Source: Trichoplax adhaerens (lineage: Eukaryota; Animalia; Placozoa). From it: a DNA stretch of 64,000 nt. Location of the stretch: positions 11,656,878-11,720,877 of the forward strand of contig NW_002060943.1 of assembly GCF_000150275.1 (NCBI RefSeq), given 5' to 3'. Each line of letters starts with the position of its first letter. Positions within the stretch are counted from its first letter, which is position 1. A model generated the notes under the pieces. The model made no database searches, was not told where the DNA came from, and saw only the letters and a program-made list of their open reading frames with translations. The position numbers and the translations under genes are program-made. Positions 13,244-25,833 of the stretch are shown here, piece by piece.

Positions 13244-16200
13244 CTAATGAAACAGGTCATTCCTGAAATTAGCTTTCGCTTTCACCAAGTACCTAATCTG
13301 CAATTGTCTCGTATCATAGACGACATAGCTGAGATAATTGTTAAGTCTCAATAGATATCATTTTCTAAATTAGTATATAGTGCTATCGTAGAATACACAT
13401 AGAAAATAGAGAAGAGATGTATAAAGATACTCATTTGCACCCGATCCATTATTGTCTTTTGTCATTTTTCCTAAAGGTACAACAGTGCCATTCTCGAGAG
13501 TAAATTTTTCTGATGGGTTCGGTATAAATTCGCCCGGACCTATATCATTTCGAAGTACACAAAGTAAATTGACTTTTTTTAATGTTTATACTATACTAGC
13601 GCAGGATGCAATGCTGAGCCACATAATAGATCCAGTAGTCGCACACATGAAATTAATTACTACAATACATTTAAAGCTATTAGCCGTTGCTGGCATTTTG
13701 GGCATTTCATGGCAGTCTGGAAATCTCATTTCATATCTGTTGTAATATAGAAAAGAGTCGTAATTAAGGGTAAATATGTATTACAAGTAAGGTAGATTCC
13801 TTTATTTATCACTAAATATTGCCATATAATACATTTTGCCAAGAGCTACTTCGCAAAGACACATAATGATAGTTGGATTAGTCATTGTTGGTTCACACCG
13901 CTCCGCACACTAAAACGTAGCAAATGCTATTATTAGTAGATATTAGATCAAAGTGATAAAAAGGAAACTAGCAATGTATATTTGGCCATTATCGTCCTAC
14001 CATAGATGCTGAATCTATAATTGATAAGAAGATAATGTCAGTAACATGAGTAAAGAATATGACGTTCGTGAGTTATAATCTAATCGGATTTATTATATCT
14101 TACCAGTGAAGTACACCCCTTTACCGTAGATGTAACTCCTATCCTATCAACAATAATAATTGTATAGCCTCATTATCACAGCACACTTAGAACACAGTGC
14201 TCATTGATTGCTTCAAGGGGAAAGGATCAGTTTATCATAACCAGTGATTATGGATAATACTTACTAAACACGTTTTAGGAGGTGTAAAACGAACGCCCTT
14301 AGATAACATACTAGCATAGCTAGTAAATCGAGTTTGATACCAGAGCAACATCCGATTATTGAAATTTGAAAAGTGCTGATACTGTTTATCTTCTCCATAT
14401 CTTTCAACTTTAAATACCTATGATCAGAAGGTATCTAAGTATAAATTTCTAAAACATTGTTTAGAATATTTGTTAAATGACATTAAAATGTGTGAAATAC
14501 AACTTGTATAAACAAATTAATTGATAAATGGTTAAATTTAAGTCATAATTTAGTCAGTAACCTCTTCAACAGTTAACCAGAAATAATTATGAATTGACAA
14601 ATGGCTATTTTCAGCATAATTCTTTACCATGCCAAATTCTTCACTATTGCTATAAAGATACTACAAAATTTTCATATTTTAGATCATAATTTCATATCAT
14701 AATATTCGTTATTAAAGAAAATTTCTAAAAGATATCTGTACCGTAATTTCGGTCTTTAAGGACTTATACAATGTATCCATAGGATTTTGGCCATCACTAT
14801 TTGCTCTTCTAATTATGTCATAACTAGTAATGATATCCATGAGATCGTCTAGCATGAATTCTTTATCCTAGTAAAAATTAATAAATTGCAAATTAAGTAA
14901 ACTATTCTTGTTGCACTTGATTAAGAAATATATACTAAATTTTATACAACAACCAGAATCAGAATATAACTGGTACGTCTATAAGGTAGACGTAGGAGAA
15001 ATAGGTGCGGTGCATTCATTACTTAATGCAATAAAATATTTAGTTGTAGTTACCTCTAGTTCATATAAATTGTTTATTGTTTCTGGGTCATCTATTCCGA
15101 AATTATGGGGAATTACGGCATAAAATCTATTCACTTGCTCCAAAATTTCTTTTTTATTCTTGCGTTTTGATATAAGCTGTTAGGTCATACGATTTTTTTA
15201 GTATCAAATGATAAAGGCAAGTAGTATATGGACATTGTCAATTTAGTACTCTGTATCCATGGATATAATAAATAATGAAAATATTACGATATTATACTGA
15301 CATTTTGCAACATAGATAGACATTGAGAAGCGTCATTAATTTGGTTCTCAGATAGATCAGCAAGTTTGATTGCCTCCAGGTCAACCTAAGGATTGTATTA
15401 TCTACGAGTTACCTTATGAATAATTAAAATTAATATAGTCACGATTTACTTAAATATCATTGGAATTTGTTACAAATATCGCACCCTGAATTCCAGCAGA
15501 GTATTTTTCATAGCTTGAACATCGAAAATCAGCTTAAGGAGATTTCTTATATGTCGAAACACTTTGCTACCTTTATCTGTAAAGATTAAGTCTACTTGTC
15601 TTCCTTCTTCGTCCTGCATTAACGGTTTGGAAACGAAGGGATTGCTTGTGAGTGAATCTCTACCTACGTGATATAACAACCTCTATACTTACTTTTTCGA
15701 CGTCTAGATAGACAGGATAAAATTTTCGAGCCATCTTAACAAATTTCTTTTCTTTTCCAAATCCATTACCTATACGATAAAGAATTAATATTACTAATAT
15801 CGAACATTATATTTCAGTGATAGTGTTTTCGAGTTCGATAATTAGAAAAAATAAAACTGATATTAATTAGTACCGGTTTTCTCGAAATACATTTGATCAA
15901 ATATTAGCATGGCTTCTTCTTTTGAATACCCAGTCTGTTAATAAATAGAAAAATTTCAATAGTATAATAGCTTATGGTTATATCAGTAATGAGATGAACT
16001 CTGCGTATTCTTTCTATTACTCAATGTCGCCTAACCCATAGGAACAAATAACATTATAATCTTACTTCGACACTGGTTTCTCCTTTCTTACTGTTGACGT
16101 CACCCCATGCATGAAAAATACAGCACCTAGTTTGTCATTATTAATTACAATCAACTAGAATAATAAAACCAAAAATACCTACAATCCAGTTTATTCAGAA

Positions 16201-19200
16201 AAATAGCTTACAGGTTCGTGGTGTTACTCTGCAATGCTTGTATTTTACAATAACTATGATGTCTGTATCCGTTTTCTAGATTTACGCTATAAACTGAACC
16301 ATCTGGCTCCTTAATGACGTGATGTGTATCTAGCAGACCTATTGGATATTATAAAATTTAAAAATTATTAATGTTATGGTAAATATTATAAACCCTTCTG
16401 ACCAAGATTTTATTCTCAGGTCAACAAAACTAGTAGGTATTATGCGTTGATAGTGACAGATATAATGCTACTTCTACACGAAACTATAAAATTGCTCCTA
16501 CCTGATCGATAATCAACAGCAACAGATTCGTTTGAAGTGGTTTTATTTTCAGTTGTTCTTCCTACAAATTTTAAAAGAAAGAAATAGTTCGATATTTTGT
16601 CTTAAAATTATCACATTAGTATCTATAGTCTAAGCCTGCAATACTATAATAAGTGTAAAATTTGGGGTCCAAAATCAAGTATAACCTGACTGTATTTCAT
16701 CAGAATTTGCAGGGGAGGTCGACATGAAAACTCTTTCACGCACTACACTTCTATATTCTCTTCTATTTAAGCAATTAGTCATCGATGGTGGCAATCCCGT
16801 AAAAGCACATATCCAATATTGCATTAAATATAATGTAGGGGTTTGAAATAAAATAGTTATAATTCGATGATAGAGGTAACCGTAGTGTAATTCATAAATT
16901 GATAAAAATAGAACTAGAATTTCTGAATTATAATTGACAATATATCATATGTGCATGTCACTGAACGTACAAATATTTCGATTTCTCACAGAGTTCGTCA
17001 GGAATTTTCCATTGGGTCCTGCTTGGGTTTTGAGTTAAACTATGACACCTGAGACAACGATAGCCATGATCTACTCGGCTGATGACAATCAACATAATTA
17101 AAATGCATGACTTTCAAGATACAAATAAAAAACTTTAAAGTGTTATTATTAGTACATGCTGTATTATAACTATTGTAATCCCGAACATTATCACTCCTTA
17201 ATAAAGCAAGATCATCCATACAAAAATAAAAATGCGAGTTACTTACAGAATGTTTGTATCTATACTAACCTAAAAAACAATATGCCACTGCACTCTTTAC
17301 AAGGGTTTAATGCACCAAATGCCATACCATCAACAACTAAATGAAATCCCTAAAATTAAAGGTATTATGCATTAATAATGAGGTATAAGACACAAAATAA
17401 AATAGAAAAATAACTGTAACTATATGCTTTAAATTGAGTTAAGTATTGTTTATCTACGTACCCTAGTATCGGCTACCAATTTTTGATTATTATATATTAG
17501 TAGATCCTTCAACATTTGATTATTACATTCTTTTCTCAGGTTGTCATATATACTCCATAACCCTACAGTTTGCTCCTGCAGCCAGTAATTATAATTTATT
17601 GGATTATATGGCCAGCACATTTAAACGAAGTGAATCATTTTTAATTATCTAAATATAATGCAATTTATAACGTGTACGTTACGAAATATAACAATTTTAC
17701 GTTCGATCATACCCTTAATTTCATTATTTTGGCCATATTCTCGTCACTTTTGCCTCTTTTATTCGCTATGTCTGTATCTATGTCTTTGCTTTTTCTTTTT
17801 CCTGTATCTTCTTTATTTCTATATTATTAATAAACGATTTAGTAATGTTATCAAACGTTAGTTGAGGCATCCATTAGAAACAAGGGAAACTTTTTGCCTA
17901 TCAATCGTATTTAAATTTCATTTATATTGCTCTTACAAATCTAAATTTGTAACGAGAAACAGTTGAAAACTATTATAGAAATTGCAAAATTATGAGTCTA
18001 CTGTCAGGTTTGTCCACCCTAACATTAACCTACTGTACAGTGTACAGTAAGACTCTAAATACTAACGATCTCCTATCGTCAGGATGAACAGTAATACAAC
18101 ACTAGTCTCTAGACATAACTGAACCCAAACTTTAATAAAAAGTCAGTCAATTTATAGTAAATTGATATAAACATTAATTATCAGTTTGTAATTATATAAT
18201 ATCATAAAACTGTGCAGTTATCTATTAAAAATATGTAAAACATCACAAATAACGGTATGTAAACACATTTCTAGATAAATTATCTTATGGAGTCTACTGT
18301 ACAGTATGTTACGAGAGGTTAAACTGATTAGTAAGATAGATAATCAAATCTTACATCGCTGAATTCGATGATCCTTCTGAAGGAATTTCGTGAGCCTGCG
18401 CTGAAGAGGTGGACGTTTTCGAATATCCCTGATTTTGAGTTGTGGGATCAATTCGATTTCTAATTTTCTCTTGATCTTCTGGCCGCAAGGAATTAAAGCC
18501 ATCAATATCGCCCTCGTTGGAAATATTCTTTTTTCTGAAAAAACAGCTGTAATGATACCATTTTGCTACCTAAGATCAAGGGTGTTTAATCAGTCAGATT
18601 TTGTAGTACTTTCAATGCTTGCATATGTATGCATTAATCCGATAATACATCAAATTAGAAATATCTAAGCAGGGCATCATGATTCATACACACAGGATAA
18701 AATACAGAATAAATTCTAGCTATTTTAATAAAATTGATGATTTTTCAAATTGGAATTATGTACCAATGTGTTAGTATTCTAGTAACTAATTTGTTGAAAT
18801 AATCTACCAACGCTGCACAAGCCTATTATATTAGACTTATATTACAGCAAATAACTTAACATTAATTGTGCACTATCGATTACAATTCTTATAAAATAAA
18901 TGTGACAATAGTAGACCTTACCTTCGCATCGTCAACATACCAAGACTAGACGAATAAAATATAAAATCAATCTGTTAAATAACCTTATAAAACACGTCAG
19001 TTTAAATATGTATCTCCCAAATAAGTAAATATATATACATAGACGACGAAAATTTCGAGAGATCAGCTGTTTAATGCGTCATACTGCAGCTAAATTTATA
19101 CATGCATGTTAATCGGTTGAAATATTATAAAATGTTACCTAATTTACTATAGTAGCAATTTAATACCTTCTTAATCTTTGTACTGTAGCTGTAAATAAGA

Positions 19201-19668
19201 TTAGGTGGGCGCTATGTTTATCGTTTAGCATTGCTTGTATTCGAATTAAGATCATGATTAAAATCAAGATGTACGCGTAGTCATACTGTAAGATATAATG
19301 AGATTAACTATAGTTTGCATTTCCGCTAATTAATCTATCCTAAATCGATATGGCCATAATGCAGATAGTATACCAGTATTTTAGATAATTCGGGTGGCTA
19401 TTACACGATATTCTATTGTAACTTGCAAAAATAATCAATAGCTTAGAAATTGTTAACATTTTAATTTTAGCACGTTCATTTCACATGAATGCACATGTTA
19501 AGCCTTTGTATGAAGTTTCTATTAATAAGAAAATAATTGACAACTTACAGAAAGCATAGCTGCTATCCTTAAAGAATTTTTACCAATATTTTTTTTACAC
19601 GCATTACAAAGTGAACGTTTCGATTTTGCATATTCTGCTTTGAACGGCAAGACATCAGTATCGGTCAT
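13244..19668 (-). CDS. PARP1: PARP1-like paralog B (Zn1-Zn3-WGR-HD-ART; no Zn2 or BRCT; predicted catalytically impaired), multi-exon
   Basis: Exon 1, 19668-19549: MTDTDVLPFKAEYAKSKRSLCNACKKNIGKNSLRIAAMLS. 24-nt exon 18945-18922: SWYVDDAK. Then WYHYSCFF...DGFNSLRPEDQEKI; DGMAFGALNPCKEC; AVDYRSG; NRFYAVIPHNFG; RMLLWYQTR; YIYGKGVYFTD; LCEVALG; ND|YVVYDTRQLQIRYLVK; TAG at 13246-13244. No stops in the exons I translated. Confidence 0.92.
13329..13430 (-). other. Degenerate U12-type intron in PARP paralog B
   Basis: Same position as the U12 intron of paralog A. 5' site GTATCTTT; branch-like GACTTAAC about 11 nt before the AG; splits GA|C. Confidence 0.65.
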
Positions 19669-21825
19669 CTTGTATTTCTATTAAGATATTAAAAAGTAAA
19701 AATGATGATAAACGATTAGAAACGAACCACGGTACAATTTTACTGCATGATACAATAATAACTGTACTGTATGTACAGTACAATAACGTCGTCGAATAGG
19801 CAATCCATTATATCATTATTATTATTAAAGTTTATTAAGATTAAACAGTATCTAGTTTACCCAGTTAAAATTACATGTGGTTATACTGTAACTCATTAAC
19901 AATATAAAATAATGTAATCGATATTCGATCTCAACATATTTATGCCCAGTCAAACGATTCACTTTCGACTACAGATTTAATAATGCTACTGTTGTACGTT
20001 TACTACTTAGTAGCAAGTGTCTTTATTTATTTTAAACAATGTATATCAATTTTTCAATCTGTATTTGTACAGTAGACGACGAGTGGAGTAATTAATTTAG
20101 AGAATAGTTTATTTAAGGAGCTTCCTGGCCTAGTTCTATCGATTTCAAATTGATGATTGCCTCATTGTCTTTGAGATGATCAAATAGAAGGTATCAGCCA
20201 ATCAATCGTCATTTGTAGCGTAGTTTGAAATTGAGTATGTGGAGATGATTTATAGTATGGTTAGAGACGATAGATAAAGTAGCAAGTAGAAAAATCGAGT
20301 ATACTGTTGTGACCAGCCTAATAAATGTACTTTGCTGTATTATTGCAATATGGTGTACAGCATGGGCTGTAAGCTTATGTAGAGAATGTATAAAGAGGAT
20401 TACGTTTCAAAACTATGCCCGTGTTAGTATAACGAAGTTTATGCAGTAACGTATGTGATGAAGCAGCTAGTAGCCTGATACTGTATGCATTAACACAGCA
20501 ATGGGAACATTATTCCAGGCATCAGTGGTATGTGATAATTTAGTTACAGTTTATAGTGGTGACTGCAAAGTTAGAATTAGAAATAAAGCATAATTTGGCA
20601 ATTGTTGCCATTGGTGGTTGCAGACAAAACCTGTACATGATACGTGGTATACTTGTTATGTGTGCACTTCTACAGTAGATCAACAACGACTAAAAAATGA
20701 ATTATAGAACTAGTTAGTGTCATAGAGCTATTGATTTCTCTTTAATAAAGGCAATCAATTTCACTGTCCAATGCAATACAGAATGACTTGTCCCATCTTT
20801 GATCGACTTTTCTTGCATAGCATAAAGCAGACAGCAATATGAATTAATTTGCTATCATCGCTCTAGCGCTGATAGCAAAACTAATTGATCACTTCTAATT
20901 ATTGCTCATTCAACTCGATATTAGTAGACTACCAGCATAAGAGAGAATCAACATTGAATACCAGCGATTCAACTAATTATAACCAACTTGCAAACTAGGA
21001 AGACTGACAAATCGACCATGGTTGAATAGTGTACATGATTCGTACATTACAACAAAACTAAGGTAGTACCCTTGTAGTACACTAGTACAGCATGGTTGAA
21101 ACGTCCATTGAAATGTCATTTTTGAATCATTATGCTATCTTGCCGGTCTGATACCAAAACATAGAGAAATAAAAGATAAAATCCTTGTACAAATTCTTTA
21201 AAGCCTTACAATCCTACTTCAATCCATCTCCATTAGCAATGCTACGCTTAAATCACTTACATGGATAATGACTAATCTGCAAGTATCCAAAGGAAGAAGA
21301 AATAAGGCAATGAAAACTCGTTCGTCTCTGTCAAAGAAACGATGAGCTATGTGCACCTTTGAAGTTGATTTCGTCAGTCCAGAACGGGTCAACCTGGCAA
21401 TGGTATGACTGGTATGGCAGGTCAATGACTAAAAAAAGATCGTCGTTCATTAGAACAATATCATTATTGTCATAGTGATTATTATTATTTCTTAATGATG
21501 TCACGCATGGCATATAAAAAACTACTTGACAAATGAGAGGCAAGCACTCACCCCTCGTAAGCTCTGGCTACAAGTACAGGTACAGGAAGGAGTTTACAGT
21601 AGTAGGGTTAAGAGGCGAGACTAGCGAAGATTAGGCCACCCTGAAAGCAGGGACTTATTGAAAAGAGAGAGAGAAAAGAAGCGGCCGCTCACTGCAAAAT
21701 AAGATGGCACATATCATTTTTCGAGTTATTGTACTATACGCTCCCACTGAAATCGTCGACAGTATTACACTGACAAAAGCGATCAAGCAACTGGATGACA
21801 ATCGAGTTGCAACGGTGAGCAAATA

Positions 21826-21940
21826 CAGTACAGTACTAGTGTAGTGTACAGTGTACAGTGTACAGTCTGTAGCCTGTTTACAGTAACAGTACTGTACCGT
21901 AAACATGGTTTTGGGCTCGTGCCTTGATTGTTACTGTACC
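21826..21940. repeat. TACAG/TGTAC(AG)-rich array upstream of PARP paralog B
   Basis: cagtacagtactagtgtagtgtacagtgtacagtgtacag...cagtactgtacc, adjacent to a GC-richer promoter-like segment (~21540-21820). Confidence 0.75.
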
Positions 21941-22002
21941 GACATTGATTGGTCAATGCTACAGTATACGCTATCACGCCATTGACAGGGCATTGACACG
22001 CC

Positions 22003-22500
22003 AGCTGCACGTTGATCGTCATGCAAAAGCTTTTTCTTTCGTTTTATGCCTAAGGCATCATGCTTGCTGCAGCCATGGTCATTAATTAATTATAATCATG
22101 ACGGAAACTTCCTTCTCAATACTTGTAGCTGCACGTCGATCGTCATGTAAAGCTTTTTCTTTCGTTTTATGCCTAATGCATCATGCTTGCTGCAGCCATG
22201 GTCATTAATTAATCATTAATCATGACGGAAACTTCACTCTCAATACTTGTAGCTGCACGTCGATCGTCATGTGAAGCTTTTTTTTTCGTTTTATGCCTAA
22301 TGCATCATACTTGCTGCAGCCATGGTCATTAATTAATCATTAATCATGACGGAAACTTCCTTCTCAATACTTGTAGCTGCACGCCGATCGTCATGCAAAG
22401 CTTTTTCTTTCGTTTTATGCCTAACGCATCATGCTTGCTGCAGCCATAGTCATTAATTAATTATAATGATTATGGAAACTTCTTTCTCAAAAGTTGGAGC
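22003..22500. repeat. Tandem repeat, 124-bp unit x4
   Basis: Units starting agctgcacg... at 22003, 22127, 22251 and 22375, with few substitutions. Confidence 0.97.
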
Positions 22501-22539
22501 TAAGCTCTGAACAAAAGTCTGTGTTACTAGCCATAAATG

Positions 22540-23300
22540 GATAGTCGCATTTTCTTCTCATAAAAAGCACAATGAGACTAGTAGAATGAGAGTTGGAATG
22601 CTAATGACTATCTGTTTCACCTATAAAATGAGTTCAAATCTACATGATCATTTGATCCTCCCCATATAGAAGAAGTTAAAATGTCATTTATATAGCGGAG
22701 AGTTGTAATGAATACTATATCTATTCGTTTCATCGATAAAAATGAGTTGAAATGGAGTGTAGTTTGGAGTTGTAATGTTAAAGACTCGCTGCCTCCTGTT
22801 TGGTAACAAGTTGAAATTGTCTGAGACCATGTACAAGTAGAAGTGTAGTAGACACAGATGCAAGGATAATTAATATAATGACCATTTGCTTTGGATATAA
22901 AACAAGTGGTAATGTAGTATAATGCAGAGATGTAATGATAATTAATTCATGACTATTTACTATTTTACTTCAAGTAGAAGACCAGTTGGAATGTTAATGA
23001 TAATTAGAATACCAAATAAACAGAGTTAATATATAGAGTACAATGTTATAATATCAACTATCTATTCGTCTCAAAGATACGTAAAACGAGTTGAAATAGA
23101 GTGTGTAGTACAGAATTGTTCTGTTGATGACTCTTTGCTTCGTATATAAAAATAGGTAGAAATTGTCAGGTCCACAAGTGTAAGTGTAATACACAGGTGT
23201 AATGTTAATTGACTATTTGCTTTACATACAGAAAAATAAGTAGGGGGTGGAGTATAGCAGTCGCAATGTTGAAGATAATCTCCTTCACAATAGATATGTA
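22540..23300. repeat. Old degenerate tandem repeat, roughly 60-bp periodicity
   Basis: Recurring gagttg(g/t)aatg...gactatct(a/g)tt and gagttgaaat motifs, e.g. ~22590, 22700, 22767, 22983, 23200. Confidence 0.55.
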
Positions 23301-24194
23301 TATTTAAAACTATAAAAGAAGCTGAAGTGCAGTTGCAACAGTAATAAATGCAACCAGACCATATTGGAGTAAAATGCAGTATTGGGATATATTACTGTAG
23401 CTGTGTGAAAGTTCTCGATTCAACATGCAGATAATAGAAATTTATTACTCTAGCGCTGGTGTATAATAATTGATTAAAAGTAAATGATTTGATACGTGTA
23501 TGCTGTCTACTATTACCTTGTCATACCCATAAATGCTATACGAGTACTGTACGTACTTTTATGTATATTATGTAATTTTAATCGATACCGGCACAGCAGT
23601 TCGCTTCCAACATAGGCTAATTCACGTATTGATCGCCAAACAAAATTATTTTGATGGCACCTTTCCTAACCTGCAACCAAGGCCTATCGATTGTCATGAT
23701 GTTACACAAGTAAGCCGTATCATGGTGTCAAAATTGTCCAAGTATTATTTAATCTTCCAGCTACTAGTGTATGAGAAAGCGTTAATATATACTGTATATC
23801 CAATAAATACATATGTATATTCACTGCACACTCAATAATAATTAATTATATAATTATTGAGTTACTACCGACTACAGTATGCGCTATGATTAAATAATAT
23901 TACAGATAATTAACATTGAATGAGCTTTTACTACTAGTAAAATGAAGACACCATCATAATATACTATTTATGTATAACTTAAAAATTTCAATTATAATTT
24001 TAATAGTATTAATTTTTATCGAGTAAATATCTTATGTAGATAGAACTGTAGCTTTTTCATGCAGCACACAGAACTCCATCAATCGTTGTCACAGTTAATA
24101 CGTGATATTGAACTAGTTTCTTCCTCAGTTTAAGAATGGAAGGAGTAAGGAATCAAATGATATTTGAGATTCATGCTAGATTTGCTAATTCATT

Positions 24195-25833
24195 CTACTG
24201 TAGGAGATGCAAATTTATAGTCAGGATGATGCCCACTACCAAAGATGCAATAAGTACCGGCATAGATTGAAATGAGCCACCACTTGCTCCATTTGTGACA
24301 ACTACAGTTGCGTTGACAAAGAATACAATTAGTAAATTTAACATATGTAATCAGTTAGTTAAAGCGGGAATATAATGATCGAGTTAGCTATTGCGAGGGT
24401 ATTCGAGTGTTTAAAACTAAATAGGAATACGTATATCGTACTGTATGTGTTCATCTATTGCTATGCCCTTATCCCTACCTGTAGTATTAGCTGTTCAAGC
24501 CATATCGTATATTGTCGAATAGTCAGCGGAGTTGATGTATATAGAGAAATTGAAATATAGCATACTTTAGATTAGTTGCAAGTATACTAGCTGTAATGAA
24601 TTTTTCTAGCATAGAAAACTATTGTATCATCTGAATACTTTAAAGATTTTATAATGTCTGTACTCATTTGATAGTTTAATTAAAACAACTATTAAAATGA
24701 AACAGACATTTTCAGTATTGTAAGTTGGTTACTTTAATATTAAAAAATATCTATGACACTAGTTGGAGAAATTCAGATAAGATTAGCTAGTAGTCAATAA
24801 TAGGATCCCATTTTGTTTACGAATATAAGATTAACCATTCTTTAATCTAGCAATCTTAAATATAGTCTATTATTGTTCAAATTACTATTGGTATGTTTGT
24901 AAATTATGATTTAGTAAGGCAGTGGAAAATTTAAAAATCTATAACGTTATGCAATGAATGAATACTTACGTGGGCTTAATAAATTTTGTGATACTCTCGT
25001 TAATTGTAATCTGGCATAAGGTAACAAAGATTGACCGTTAGCTCGGTAGAAAACACTTGCTGATTGATTAGACGTCTTTATTTGATAGATTGGCACTCTT
25101 GTCAATGAACCGGTATAGCTATATTGTTCAGTGGCGGCCGCTTTCGTACCAGCATCCCACAGATATAGATCAATAGTCTTGCTAGCAATAAAACCACAAG
25201 AACTAGTACAAAAATTCACTCGATCTACACCAACGCACCAATCTGGACTTGGAGCAATCATTGTTAACGCAGATAATAAGTTAAAATTATTATCAACGTT
25301 AACAGTCACTGAATATGTTGCAGTTGGTTGGAGAGATGATCCAGTGGACACAAAGACTTGCTTAACATTATTTGTCATGGGCTCTAGTAGAGCTTTTAAA
25401 GGCACTTTATTTTAACATAATAAACTCCTCATTAGTATCTTGAAATAGAGAATATCTTGGAATAAAATATGATAACCTAACAACACTTACTATGTAGGAT
25501 AATAGCGCACATTAAGAATACGCTAAAATTTTTGCATAGGATCACTAGATCGTTACCTGCATTTCCATTTTCAGCTACGGATTTAACCTGAGTCGATGCA
25601 TATTGTCCGTAAGCATAAACAGTTACTGCTGGGGAATGTATAGCGCCAATCAATGGCGACCAATGTGGAAAATTAGTTGGATAATTAGGATAGTTATTAT
25701 TGTTAGCCCATAGTCCAGTAAAAACAACAGTGTAAGTAGCACTACCAGAGGTGCAACACGACGTTGAGGAAGCTCCCAAGGTTCTTGTGATTATCAAACT
25801 CAGAAGAATAGTTATCAAAGTATACTTGCACAT
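24195..25833 (-). CDS. Secreted, predicted GPI-anchored Spondin_N (F-spondin/mindin N-terminal) domain protein, single domain
   Basis: Signal peptide MCKYTLITILLSLIITRTLG. Exon 25833-25557: ATYTVVFTGLW...PHWSPLIGAIH...VKSVAENG. Exon 25404-24970: LSALTMIAPSPDWCVGV...LYLWDAGT. 12-nt exon 24490-24479. Last exon: VVTNGASGGSFQSMPVLIASLVVGIILTINLHLLQ*. Additional micro-exons are possible. Confidence 0.88.

Noticed and set aside
14974-14994. 8-bp stem hairpin (tacgtcta-taagg-tagacgta) in a PARP B intron
   Set aside because: No snoRNA boxes or miRNA-length stem; compatible with chance.
22003-22500. Regular repeat that might be taken for a CRISPR array
   Set aside because: Whole 124-bp units repeat without unique spacers; eukaryotic context and no cas genes.
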